A DNA stretch of 48,313 nucleotides from Fimbriimonadales bacterium (GTDB taxonomy: Bacteria > Armatimonadota > Fimbriimonadia > Fimbriimonadales > JABRVX01): NCBI GenBank assembly GCA_045862955.1, contig BTVI01000024.1, positions 1-48,313 on the forward strand, given 5' to 3'. Position numbers and translations under genes: made by a program. Below the pieces are notes generated by a model. It did not search any database and was not told the DNA's origin. It saw only the letters and a program-made list of their open reading frames with translations. Below are positions 20,324-30,016 of the stretch, piece by piece; position 1 is the stretch's first letter; the number at the start of each line of letters is the position of its first letter.

Positions 20324-23300
20324 CTACCAGTCTCTGAGTACCATTTCGAGGTAGCTATCCACTGGCCCCCTTTGTAGCACTGAGTGCGCGAACTGGTTCC
20401 TATAGCTGCGAAGGCAACCGTAGCAGGACGTCATCTCGTCGCATCCGCAGGCTCCGCTAACCCTCGACTTCGCGGATTCCAAACAGGCCTTTAGGATGGT
20501 CGGGTCCTCGAGTCGAGTGACTAGCCCTGCACCGCCTGGCACGTTATCGTATATGACAATGGTCGGCGTGACTTGCTGGCTCCGCGGGTCGATCGTCGTA
20601 CTTAGGTCCGTATCAGGGACCTCAAGAACTTCAGCAGCGCCATGCAAGATAGCGTAGGCCAGTGAAAGGGCGAAACCCACACGGTCCGACGCTTCAGACG
20701 ATCCCTTAGAGAAGAGCAAACGGACCACGTCGGTAGTGAACTCGTGGCCGAGAGACACAGGGTCCAGCATTCCGTGGCACTCGCGGCCAAAGGGGCTCCG
20801 ATGAGACCTCGTCATGGTCAAGAACCCCGCGCCACAATCGCGGCACACCCAGAAACCTTGACCCTTACGACCCTCACACAAGACAACCATCGTTCCCGGT
20901 GTCGCTGGGGTGACCGTCACGTGCCCTTTCCCCGGTGGCATTTCAACGGAGCCCGGTTCAGGCCCGACAGGACCGGCGAAGAAAGGCCGGGAGCTGAACA
21001 CTCGCGGCCGACTCGCGCTTGGCACCTTAGGCTGTTCACGCGGCGCGATGAAGCCGAACCTCGGGATCAAATACGTGAACGTGCGAAGTTCGCAGCCACA
21101 AGGGCTGGCAGGCTCGCTGTCGCCGTCCTTCCACTGGCAGAACGCACCATGCTTGAAGCATCGGTAATAGTGCCTTCGTTCCCACTCTCGCTCGGCCACG
21201 CGTCTGAGGCCTGCCGAAGTCCATTCCAACTTATTGGCGACCAAGCGGCTGCCAGGTGCGAATTCCGAGATGGCCAAGGAGAGGTCCCTCGTGAGGCCTA
21301 CACCATGCCCGTCGCGAGCGGTCGGCTGTAAGTCAAGCTCAACGACGTCCACAGGGAATCCGTACTTGGGAATAACCGCCTTCCGCGAGAGGAATGAGAG
21401 CACGTCTTCAGATGCTATGGTGTTTGCACGACGCTTTGCCCATTCTGCAGTGCGGTAGTCCCTGTCTCTTGTCGCAGCTTGCTCGACATTGAGGACCTGG
21501 CGGTAGTCACTCGAGACCTCCAACTCAGATTGTCGGAGCCTTCCCTCTCTCGTTATCCGGTCGATCCAACTGCCATCAGAGAGCCCTAGTTCCCTACGCA
21601 TCTCCGCAGGGACAACTTGCTCAAGTCGCTGCTCGATCTGCGCTCGGCAACTCCTGAGAAACGACCGGAGGTCGGTCGAGAATTGCGGTGCACTAAGGTC
21701 GCCGAACATCTCGCTCACTGAGCGGAAGCGCTCTGGAAACGCCCGGAAGAATGCCGAGGCGGCAACAGCCACCAGGTGGCGCAAGACAATTCGCTCGTTC
21801 CGTATTGCGAGAGCAGGCGGGCGAACCATGCCTGACAGTATCTGCTTCGGCTCGGCGAAGTGATACAGATCGTGCGGACTTCGGCGGCAGTATGTAATTG
21901 CGAAGCCAGGATTGCCCGGTCGCCGCCCTGCACGGCCCACGCGCTGTGCGTAGTTGAACGTTTCAGGCGGTACGTTTCGCAGGAATATCGTGTCCAAATC
22001 GCCGAGATCTACGCCAAGCTCGAATGTGGTTGAGCAACTGAGCACGTGGATTTGGCCCGACCGGAACTCACGCTGGAACTTGCGAGCTTGCTCATGGTCC
22101 AGCTGTGCCGTGTGCTCCTCGACCCTAAGAGGCCCTGGCAGGCTTGCTGAGTAGAGGGTTCTGTAGTGGTTTGGCTCAAGGTCTCGCCTGAGTTTGGGCC
22201 GCGGAAAACCGGGGCACTTGTTTCTCTTGCACACACCGAGACCGGGCTCTGACTGCAGGCGGCTGCAGACATCGCACTCGTAGATCACGTCTTCGGCTCC
22301 GACGGGGCTGATCCTCCACCAATCAGGGTTGAGCTTCCGAGCCTGACCATCTGCAACTAGTAGCCGCTGGTCCTCCGAAGGGGCACCACCGTCCCAAGTC
22401 CCAAGCGCCTGCCAAACACTTCGCAGAGCATATTGCGCATGGCAGGTGGCCTCCTCGTCTGAGAATCGCTTGCTGCGCAGGTATCGTCTCAAGTAGTCGA
22501 CCCACCGTCCGCGCCCCCTGCTGCCTCCGTCCCAGCTTTGGACGTTGCTCTCTCCCCGCGGATCGCCCAATCGCACAGACTTGGGACCGCCCGACAGCCC
22601 GAGGTCCTCCCACATGAGGGGCACGCCTCGGTCCGTTCGAAGGTCGACAGCTCGAACAACTCTCAGCATATCCAGGAGCACGCACACCACGGACCACGCG
22701 GCGTTCGCGTCCAGGTTCCAGGGCTCGTGCTGGAATACGAGTTCTCTCTCCATCCAGGGGGGCCGTTTTGGATGCCAACGAACGAGGCCAACACCCTCTA
22801 GGCATATGCTCTGCTGTTCCGAGAGGAACTCCGCATACATCCGCCTCCACACATCGGAGAGCACCTCGATCTCACCAGCAGAAGGGCTCAGGACCTTGTT
22901 CTCTTGGAGCACCTCCCGGAAGATCAGCAGTAGGTCGCGTAGGGAGGAACCGGCAACGGACGTCGCTTGAGCACGCAGGACCGCCCTCAGAAGTAGATTA
23001 CGGTTCAGAACCTCCTTGTACGTGTCGTCCAGGTACCAGGCAAAAAACGCTGCTTCCTGACGTCCGTCGGCGAAGGCAAGCACCTTCCGGCGTTGTTCAG
23101 GTAGGTTCTGGTGAAGGGCCGTTGCGATCACAGCATGGGGACCGTAGGCACCGTACAGGACTTCGCGAACCGGATCTCGCCCGGTGAACTCACAGGCACC
23201 GCACTTCGCAATCCTGTCCGACCTGCCCTCATCCTCCGGACTCGGTTCAGCTACCAGGTGGATCGCAGCGTCATGGCAGCAGGAAAGCGGTGACTGATCG

Positions 23301-24973
23301 ATGTGGCCGCACTTGCCGCACAGCCACCATCGGTCTCTGCCACCGCTAAGCTCCTCGAGGCCGTCTCCATCAGTGTTTGGGATCGGCCTTAGAAAAGTGA
23401 TGCCCGACAAGGGATGCGATGGATCACGTTCGGGCTCGCGCAGCCGGCCGCTCCGCAGCGGGTTAGGGGCCAACAAGTAGTGCTGTCCACACTCCCTGCA
23501 CAGTGCAACTTCGAACGCAACGCGCTCGCCTTGAACCGACTTGCGGTCTAGGTAAACCCGCTTCTCCGGCCAATACGATACGAACGCGCCCTCAAGTGCC
23601 TTTAGAAATACGTGGTAACGGAAGGTGACGAGCGGCGAATTGCTGTTCGGGTCGTTCACCAGCGACAGAAGCCGGATCAACTTGACGAGAGCGTCGATGC
23701 GTCTCTCTGTAGGGCAGTCGTCGAAAACTGCATCTGCCACAGACTGGAGTGTTGCCGGCCCCCCTATGAGCGCTTGACGTAAGCGGCCAACGCGTCCGTC
23801 AGCCAACAGGATCCTAGCAATGAGGCGGCTGCGATCTTCGGTGTCCACAACCTTGGCACCTATGCTCGAGGCAAGTGCCGTTAGGTCCAACCCGTCGTGG
23901 GAGCCACCTTCGAGTGTCGCGAGCATGTGACCATAGCAGTCGGACTCAAGCGAGCTAGCTCCCCCAGTCGCCGGTGTCTCGGTGTCACCAAGGATGACGT
24001 CGCCCTCCTCGAATACCTCGTCGAACAACTTGCTCGCGAAGCCCGCGACCTCGCCCGAGTCGGCAGGACCTCCTGACAGGGTAGCACTGGTAGCAATGCA
24101 CCGGAGCCCGCCACGGTTTCCTCCCTCGCGGAGGCGCTGCTTCAAGCGCCGGATCAGCATTGCCATCTCAATCCCCCTCGCGCCTCTGTATTGGTGGGCC
24201 TCGTCAAGGACCAGGAACTTCCAAGTGCGAGCCCTGCCGTTATCGAACAGGGGACTGTCATCGGGCCGCATCAGGAGGTACTCGAGCATGGAGAAGTTGG
24301 TGAGCAAGATGTGCGGCGGCGACTTTCGCATAGCTGACCGAAAAACCATCTCGCTGTTCAAACAATTCCGGAGGTGGTCAGATGCATTCCGTCTTGTGTC
24401 ACTCTCGTCTTCGGGTGTTTCGCCAATGTACTGCCCGAATTTGAACCTGAACGACGATCCGCTGGCTTCCAGCTTGGCAGCAATCTCGCCCAGTCGTTCG
24501 CGCTGATCGTGCGCGAGGGCGTTCATTGGGTACAGAATTAGTGCTCTGACTCCTGGAGCTAGCTCACCGCGCAGATGCTCGGCGTACAAGTGAAGCAGTA
24601 TCGGTATGAGGAAAGCTTCGGTCTTGCCACTACCGGTTCCGGTTGCGACGATCACGTTGCGCCCGGCCGCAACCGCTCGGACTGCAGCCTCCTGATGCGA
24701 GTACAGTGGCCTATCTCCCCACACAGCGTCCAGCAGGCCCTCATCGACTGGCAGTGCGAAAACCTCAGGAATGAGACTGCGAAGCGTAAGAGTGCGCCTG
24801 AAGTTTGGGATAGCTTCTACGTAGGGGCCCTTCAGCAGCGCGTCTCTTCCCAACTCCTCGGCAAACGACCGACGGAACTCCGGATCGGCGAAGCGAAACG
24901 TGGTGGCCAGATATCGCCTATACGTCTCTGCAACATGTTGCGCTATCTTGACTGGGTCAACTGAGTGGGGCAT
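20324..24973 (-). CDS. Large SF2 DEAD/DEAH helicase with Zn-binding inserts and C-terminal DUF1998 (DruE-like)
   Basis: TGTGSGKTE, YPMNALA, DEAHQY, ATSAT, STTFELGVDLG, QRVGRAGRR, YDNVPGGAG, CGC...SCYGCL. Confidence 0.92.
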   Translation of the reverse strand: MPHSVDPVKIAQHVAETYRRYLATTFRFADPEFRRSFAEELGRDALLKGPYVEAIPNFRRTLTLRSLIPEVFALPVDEGLLDAVWGDRPLYSHQEAAVRAVAAGRNVIVATGTGSGKTEAFLIPILLHLYAEHLRGELAPGVRALILYPMNALAHDQRERLGEIAAKLEASGSSFRFKFGQYIGETPEDESDTRRNASDHLRNCLNSEMVFRSAMRKSPPHILLTNFSMLEYLLMRPDDSPLFDNGRARTWKFLVLDEAHQYRGARGIEMAMLIRRLKQRLREGGNRGGLRCIATSATLSGGPADSGEVAGFASKLFDEVFEEGDVILGDTETPATGGASSLESDCYGHMLATLEGGSHDGLDLTALASSIGAKVVDTEDRSRLIARILLADGRVGRLRQALIGGPATLQSVADAVFDDCPTERRIDALVKLIRLLSLVNDPNSNSPLVTFRYHVFLKALEGAFVSYWPEKRVYLDRKSVQGERVAFEVALCRECGQHYLLAPNPLRSGRLREPERDPSHPLSGITFLRPIPNTDGDGLEELSGGRDRWWLCGKCGHIDQSPLSCCHDAAIHLVAEPSPEDEGRSDRIAKCGACEFTGRDPVREVLYGAYGPHAVIATALHQNLPEQRRKVLAFADGRQEAAFFAWYLDDTYKEVLNRNLLLRAVLRAQATSVAGSSLRDLLLIFREVLQENKVLSPSAGEIEVLSDVWRRMYAEFLSEQQSICLEGVGLVRWHPKRPPWMERELVFQHEPWNLDANAAWSVVCVLLDMLRVVRAVDLRTDRGVPLMWEDLGLSGGPKSVRLGDPRGESNVQSWDGGSRGRGRWVDYLRRYLRSKRFSDEEATCHAQYALRSVWQALGTWDGGAPSEDQRLLVADGQARKLNPDWWRISPVGAEDVIYECDVCSRLQSEPGLGVCKRNKCPGFPRPKLRRDLEPNHYRTLYSASLPGPLRVEEHTAQLDHEQARKFQREFRSGQIHVLSCSTTFELGVDLGDLDTIFLRNVPPETFNYAQRVGRAGRRPGNPGFAITYCRRSPHDLYHFAEPKQILSGMVRPPALAIRNERIVLRHLVAVAASAFFRAFPERFRSVSEMFGDLSAPQFSTDLRSFLRSCRAQIEQRLEQVVPAEMRRELGLSDGSWIDRITREGRLRQSELEVSSDYRQVLNVEQAATRDRDYRTAEWAKRRANTIASEDVLSFLSRKAVIPKYGFPVDVVELDLQPTARDGHGVGLTRDLSLAISEFAPGSRLVANKLEWTSAGLRRVAEREWERRHYYRCFKHGAFCQWKDGDSEPASPCGCELRTFTYLIPRFGFIAPREQPKVPSASRPRVFSSRPFFAGPVGPEPGSVEMPPGKGHVTVTPATPGTMVVLCEGRKGQGFWVCRDCGAGFLTMTRSHRSPFGRECHGMLDPVSLGHEFTTDVVRLLFSKGSSEASDRVGFALSLAYAILHGAAEVLEVPDTDLSTTIDPRSQQVTPTIVIYDNVPGGAGLVTRLEDPTILKACLESAKSRVSGACGCDEMTSCYGCLRSYRNQFAHSVLQRGPVDSYLEMVLRDW

Positions 24974-24976
24974 GCT

Positions 24977-27175
24977 TCATCGAAGCTCCATAAGGTCACG
25001 ACAATGTCGGTGACGCAGGTGAGCGACGAACTCAATAGGTTTCGGATTCTCGAGGCTCTGACCGCACAGTACGCAGACGTACAGCAGAGGCACAGTCCGG
25101 CTGAAATTCTGTATTACGCTACTACGTATCTCGTCAACGTCCTTAACGATGCGAAAGCTCTCTTCTTTGTCCTGGTGCTTCTCCTGGAGATGATGTGTCA
25201 TCCTCGAAGTCATACTATCGAGAGGGTCCTGGGCGAAGTAGAGGTCGCAGTGATTGCATCTGTATATCGTTCTCGGCAATGACGGGATCCTCTTCCGCAC
25301 TTCATCGTACTCCTGCAGCTTCCGAAAAAGCTCGTCAACGTGGCATTCCTGCACATGCTGCCAGAATCCATTCTCGTCGTCAGCACTGAAGTCGTCGCAT
25401 CTTCTGCAGCAAGCCACCACCGACAGTACGCCGACGGAAACGCAGCATTTCCTCCGTGCTTCCATCAACCCGACTAGTAGCGTTTTAACCATCGGTCCAT
25501 CGATAATGGTGGGATCAAACATTTCCCGAAGTGGAGCCGAAACGACGCGTTTCCCCGCACTTGTCTGGTATCGGCGCTCTGGCAGGTCGCCTAGGGACAC
25601 TCGCACATCCCTGCACTCAGTCGCCAACGGAAGCCGTACCCACAGCGCTTGTGGAGAAGTTGCTTGGTACCAATCTAAGGGCGTGTTCACCTGTTGATCC
25701 GTCCAGGCTTGTGGTATTATGCCTTCTCGCCCGAATTGCCACCACAGCCTGTCGAGCCCAATCCGCACAACTACGTTTCCCCCGGCGTCGAAGACACGCC
25801 ACTCTGTTATGTCCAGGTCCGGGGCAGGCGGAATGCGGAATGAAGTCTCGTTTGGCCGTTGTTCTACTAGCTCGGCACGTTGCTCCTGTGGCATGATCGT
25901 CACATCTGGGTGATGGGAAAAAGTAACCACCACCGGAACGTAACCGGTGGGTCCAGGCGCCCTCGCGTCACCGTCGACACGTATGTTGGTGAGGCCTTTC
26001 GCAAACCGGAAGGCCCAGCTGTCCAATAGGTCACTGTGAGCGTCATAGAAGCGAAGGAAGTACCATCCTGTCCCTGGAACGTCATCTGATAATGCCAACT
26101 CGTTCGCATCCGGATCGGGTTGTAGTCTCTTACGCCATCGATGACTCCCTGATCCTTCTTCTCCGAGCACCACGCAGCCGATGTGACTCCATGCGCTCTG
26201 AGAGCCCACGATCTTCGGCGCTTCGCCACCGAATAACGGCCCATATTCGGAGGCGGCGTCATCCAACCTCACACCCTCCAGCCTTAGTCCTAACTCACGG
26301 ACTCGCAAAAGCACTGGCGGTCCCGAATGCCTCCGAAAGCCTATCTGGCCGTTCCGTAAGAGATCGAAGTGATGTGCGGTATAGCCAGGGACATGGACAG
26401 GCTCGACAGCCGCTGGCGGACTGCCTGAAGAGTTGATATCACGTTGCCAGGAGTCCGGGACAATAGCAAGCACCCGGCCAGTTGAGGGTCGGATTACACG
26501 CCTGCCCACGCTAAGATCTCCCGCGAGCCGGAACAGCAACAGACAATCGGACCCGAGTGGGATGTTGTACTGTGAGTCCGCGCAGACGACCGGACTCGAC
26601 AGCGACCGCAGGCGTACCAAGCGATTGTTCCCTGGGTCGGGCTCAAGTGACTTCCCGTCTTGGGAGGGGTCGAGGCCCGTGGCGTCCATCTCTGGAGGCA
26701 TCTCGAGACCGACCAGCCAAGCGCGGTCCCGGCGGAGACAGACTAGTTCCGGACGCGCAATACGATGGCTCTTGTCAAGGCTGGGGTGTGTGGTACCACG
26801 TGGCCTGCCGCCGCGTCTTTCCGGCGCACGTCTCACACGATGCTCTTCGCGTGCCGCGCCATGCTTGCCAGTTGGAATGAGGATGACCCCCTCAAATGCT
26901 TCATCGACGCTGTCCAGAGGTTCAGGCGCCGTCACGCTTCTGGCTTGCTGCAGCTCCATATCGTGGGAGACTATCAGGGGGTCTCTATCGCCGTCGTCCG
27001 AGACCTCTTCACCTAGGCGTAAGTCGACAGCTGGCAGGGAGCCACGATCCTCATCTGCGCTACTTCTGCTCGCCGTAGTGAGCGACCGCCTGCCGACTAC
27101 TTTCGCCAGCAACACACCTGCCAGCGCCCCGACGCTGACAGAAACAAGCAGTCTGGCAAACAGCTTAGCTTCCAT
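24977..27175 (-). CDS. Hypothetical protein: N-terminal TM anchor, beta-rich middle, three C-terminal C2H2-type zinc fingers
   Basis: 732-aa ORF ending 3 bp before the helicase start; CRRC..HVQECH, CNHC..HLQEKH, CVLC..HLRHRH. Confidence 0.8.
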   Translation of the reverse strand: MEAKLFARLLVSVSVGALAGVLLAKVVGRRSLTTASRSSADEDRGSLPAVDLRLGEEVSDDGDRDPLIVSHDMELQQARSVTAPEPLDSVDEAFEGVILIPTGKHGAAREEHRVRRAPERRGGRPRGTTHPSLDKSHRIARPELVCLRRDRAWLVGLEMPPEMDATGLDPSQDGKSLEPDPGNNRLVRLRSLSSPVVCADSQYNIPLGSDCLLLFRLAGDLSVGRRVIRPSTGRVLAIVPDSWQRDINSSGSPPAAVEPVHVPGYTAHHFDLLRNGQIGFRRHSGPPVLLRVRELGLRLEGVRLDDAASEYGPLFGGEAPKIVGSQSAWSHIGCVVLGEEGSGSHRWRKRLQPDPDANELALSDDVPGTGWYFLRFYDAHSDLLDSWAFRFAKGLTNIRVDGDARAPGPTGYVPVVVTFSHHPDVTIMPQEQRAELVEQRPNETSFRIPPAPDLDITEWRVFDAGGNVVVRIGLDRLWWQFGREGIIPQAWTDQQVNTPLDWYQATSPQALWVRLPLATECRDVRVSLGDLPERRYQTSAGKRVVSAPLREMFDPTIIDGPMVKTLLVGLMEARRKCCVSVGVLSVVACCRRCDDFSADDENGFWQHVQECHVDELFRKLQEYDEVRKRIPSLPRTIYRCNHCDLYFAQDPLDSMTSRMTHHLQEKHQDKEESFRIVKDVDEIRSSVIQNFSRTVPLLYVCVLCGQSLENPKPIEFVAHLRHRHCRDLMELR

Positions 27176-27269
27176 GGATACTTACGCAGCAGCCCGAAGC
27201 CTCCTCCGCGATACCGTGCTATCCTCCAGTACCGACTGCTCAGACGCTACCGACTAAGTTAACACAAGC

Positions 27270-27278
27270 ATTATACCA
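27270..27278 (-). promoter_or_regulatory. Extended -10 element of the helicase operon
   Basis: TGGTATAAT about 95 bp upstream of the ATG at 27175. Confidence 0.55.
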
Positions 27279-27325
27279 CGGAGCCTCACGTTCGGCATTC
27301 AGATGAGGGGGTTAGCATAGTTGCC

Positions 27326-27991
27326 TCAGAACTGCACGCCAGCGCTGGCGCCGAGATGCCTGCCCTTGACCAAGAGCAAGCTGAGGTTCCAGTCTTCCGC
27401 CTTATACGACAAGAGCCAATGGGTGTTGCGCCCGTCGTGCTGCAGCATCGCGTCCCACTGAGGGCGTATAGTCCAGTTCAGGCCGAAGGGAACCAGCGGC
27501 GTATCCTCCCACTCCGACCAGGAGAGCGAGGTATAAGGAGCGAGCTTGGTGCCGGGGATGCTCTTTGCCGCAGTCAAGTAGTAGCTCCGTGTCCCCTCCG
27601 GCGAGAAGATGCGGTCACTCGATGTGCCCAGACTCAGCATGGGCCTCTCGGCGTCCTCGAGCAGCAGCGTCCAGTTCGCCACGGGCAGGACCTCGCCCGC
27701 CGCAGGGTTCACCTCGATACCAACAAGCAGTCTGTCGGTCAAGCCATACGCCGCGTTCAACCGCCAGCGTGGTCGAGCCTCGCGGACGTCCACGTACCGG
27801 AGAGTCAGCTGCACCTGTCCTTGCACGATCCTCGACCTGAGGAATTGGCCTTCGCCCGGTCACCCGGTTCAGGTCGGCACGGCGGTTGGTCTCGCGGGCA
27901 CCTCGTCCTGAGCGACGCTGCCGACAACGGCCACACTGAACAGCACGAGAGCAGCCACCGCTCGTCTGCCGATGAGCGGACAGGTTCTCAT
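27326..27991 (-). CDS. Candidate secreted/outer-membrane selenoprotein with UxxU (U41-T-G-U44)
   Basis: Signal peptide in frame with the 166-aa ORF across two TGA codons (27871-27869, 27862-27860); SECIS-like hairpin downstream; amphipathic beta strands ending in GVQF. Confidence 0.75.
27829..27843 (-). promoter_or_regulatory. Putative bacterial SECIS hairpin
   Basis: UCCUC-AGGUC-GAGGA; loop begins 21 nt after the second UGA and 30 nt after the first. Confidence 0.6.
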
Positions 27992-28061
27992 CCACCTGTT
28001 CAGCGGACATCCCAGAGACATAGTGCGGCATGATACCACCTCGCTGACCTCTTCTCTTCGC

Positions 28062-28198
28062 GCCTGTTGAAAGCGGCCCTATGCCCCGGCTCCTGTCCCC
28101 CGTTGGCAGCGCCGAGGGCATGAGGTGAAGCGAAGGACCGCGCCGGGGCACGAGTTGCAGCGCCCTCGTTGGTGCTGTGATGCGCTTTTTCAAAAGGC
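28062..28198. mobile_element. Possible MITE-like element
   Basis: Imperfect terminal IR GCCTGTTGAAA / TTTCAAAAGGC and internal IR TGCCCCGGC / GCCGGGGCA. Confidence 0.35.
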
Positions 28199-28258
28199 CC
28201 CTGAGCAAGATGCGCCTGCTGTAATCTGATTTCGGGAAACTTAAGAAGAGAGACAGGG

Positions 28259-28286
28259 TATAATAAAGATAAACCTAGGTTGATCT
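28259..28286 (+). promoter_or_regulatory. -10 element and palindromic operator, probably bound by the DtxR-family regulator
   Basis: TATAAT at 28259-28264, then AGATAAACCTAGGTTGATCT (28267-28286), a 20-bp palindrome with one mismatched pair. Confidence 0.7.
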
Positions 28287-28304
28287 GTCCGCGCGGAGCA
28301 TCGA

Positions 28305-28970
28305 ATGACACCGTCCCCGGCCGTTCAGGACTACGTCAAGGCCATCTACAAACTGGAGCGCCTCGGAGGCAAGGTCTCGACCGCCAAGGTCGCCGAGCGA
28401 CTCGGCACGTCACCGGCAGCGGTCTCCAAGATGCTGAAGTCCTTGTCGCAAGCAGGCCTGGCGCACCACGAGCCTTACATGGGGGTCCGGCTTACGGCGC
28501 GCGGGGAGGCCGTGGCCCTCGAAGTCATCCGCCACCACCGACTGCTCGAGCTGTACCTGCACGATGTGTTGGGCTACTCTTGGGACGAGGTCCACGACGA
28601 GGCGGAACGCCTGGAGCACCACATCTCCGAGGAGTTCGAGGCGCGCATAGACCGCCTGCTCAACTATCCGACCACCGACCCGCACGGCTCACCCATCCCC
28701 ACGACGGACGGGCGTATGGAGCCGCCAACGGGCACGCCGCTGGCCGATGCCGAGCCGGGCGATCACGTGGTGATTCGAAGAGTCCGAGACGACGATCCGG
28801 AAATGCTACGCTTTCTCGCCTCGCTCGGCCTTCGACTCGGCACGGTCCTCCGCGTGCTGGACAAGCAGCCGTTCAATGGCCCACTCACCTTGGAGGTAGG
28901 GGAGGAGCGGATCGCTCTCGGGCGCGATCCCGCGTCGCAGGTGTACGTGGAGGCGAGCGATGGCGGATAA
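28305..28970 (+). CDS. DtxR/MntR-family metal-dependent repressor with FeoA-like SH3 domain
   Basis: DYVKAIY, RHHRLLELYL, EAERLEH, DPHGSPIP. Confidence 0.95.
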   Translation: MTPSPAVQDYVKAIYKLERLGGKVSTAKVAERLGTSPAAVSKMLKSLSQAGLAHHEPYMGVRLTARGEAVALEVIRHHRLLELYLHDVLGYSWDEVHDEAERLEHHISEEFEARIDRLLNYPTTDPHGSPIPTTDGRMEPPTGTPLADAEPGDHVVIRRVRDDDPEMLRFLASLGLRLGTVLRVLDKQPFNGPLTLEVGEERIALGRDPASQVYVEASDGG

Positions 28971-29214
28971 CCTCACGCTGGACCGGTTGGCGCCCGGCGA
29001 GTCGGCCCGTGTGGTATCGCTCGCAAGCGAAGGGCCAGAGAGGCGGCGCCTATTGGATCTCGGCTTCGTTCCTGGAGCGCAGATCAGGGCGAGCCTACGC
29101 AGCCCGCTCGGCGACCCGACCGCATACGAGGTGCGAGGTGCTCTCATCGCCCTCCGCCGGGAGCAGGCGGCGAGAATCACCGTCGAACCGCTGGAGGTGA
29201 CTGCCGATGCATGA
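28960..29214 (+). CDS. feoA: Ferrous iron transport protein A
   Basis: RRLLDLGFVPG, SPLGDP, IALRREQA. Confidence 0.93.
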   Translation: MADNLTLDRLAPGESARVVSLASEGPERRRLLDLGFVPGAQIRASLRSPLGDPTAYEVRGALIALRREQAARITVEPLEVTADA

Positions 29215-30016
29215 AGCCGCGACCTGCGGCGCGTGTCGGGCGTGCGAACCACTCGACCTACTTCGTTTCGGTCTCGATACCGTTGCCTACGACCACGTAA
29301 TCGCGCTCGCCGGCAATCCGAACACGGGCAAGAGCACGCTCTTCAACGCGCTGACCGGCCTTCGGCAGCACGTGGGCAACTGGCCGGGCAAGACGGTCGT
29401 GCGAGCCGAGGGCGCGTATCGCTATCGGGGAGCAAAGTATAAGGTCGTGGACCTGCCGGGCACCTATTCGCTATTGTCGAACAGCGTGGATGAGGAGGTG
29501 GCCCGCGACTTCATCCTTTTCGGCAGGCCGAATGTCACCGTGGTAGTGACCGACGCCACGTGCCTGGAACGCAATCTGAACCTGGTCCTGCAGGTGCTCG
29601 AGATCACGGACCGAGCGGTAGTCGCACTAAATCTGGTGGACGAGGCCGAACGGCAGGGCATTCGTGTGGATGTCTCTGTGCTCTCCGAGGAGCTCGGAGT
29701 GCCAGTAGTCCCGACGGCGGCGCGATACCGTCGCGGTCTCCCTGAGCTCTTGCAGGCGACACACGAGGTTGCAACTGGCGTGGCTCGGCTCTCGCCGAAG
29801 CGCCTGCACTACACCGACGATCGCCTGGAGGCGGCAATCGCGGAAGTCGAGCAAGAGGTCCTCCGACTTTTTCCCGGACTGCCGAATGCGAGATGGGTGG
29901 CACTGCGCCTTCTCGAAGGCGACGAAAGCGTGCTACAGGAAGTCCGAAACGGCACGCTGGGCCGCCTCACTCATTCCACAGCACCCCAGAACCGGACGGA
30001 ACTGCGAGTACTGTGA
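29207..30016 (+). CDS. feoB: FeoB N-terminal GTPase module (split FeoB)
   Basis: GNPNTGKST, VGNWPGKTV, DLPGTYS, NLVD. Confidence 0.9.
   Translation: MHEAATCGACRACEPLDLLRFGLDTVAYDHVIALAGNPNTGKSTLFNALTGLRQHVGNWPGKTVVRAEGAYRYRGAKYKVVDLPGTYSLLSNSVDEEVARDFILFGRPNVTVVVTDATCLERNLNLVLQVLEITDRAVVALNLVDEAERQGIRVDVSVLSEELGVPVVPTAARYRRGLPELLQATHEVATGVARLSPKRLHYTDDRLEAAIAEVEQEVLRLFPGLPNARWVALRLLEGDESVLQEVRNGTLGRLTHSTAPQNRTELRVL

Noticed and set aside
20282..27325. Complete integrative element with attR and integrase
   Set aside because: No duplicate of the tRNA 3' end and no integrase found; only adjacency to the tRNA is supported.
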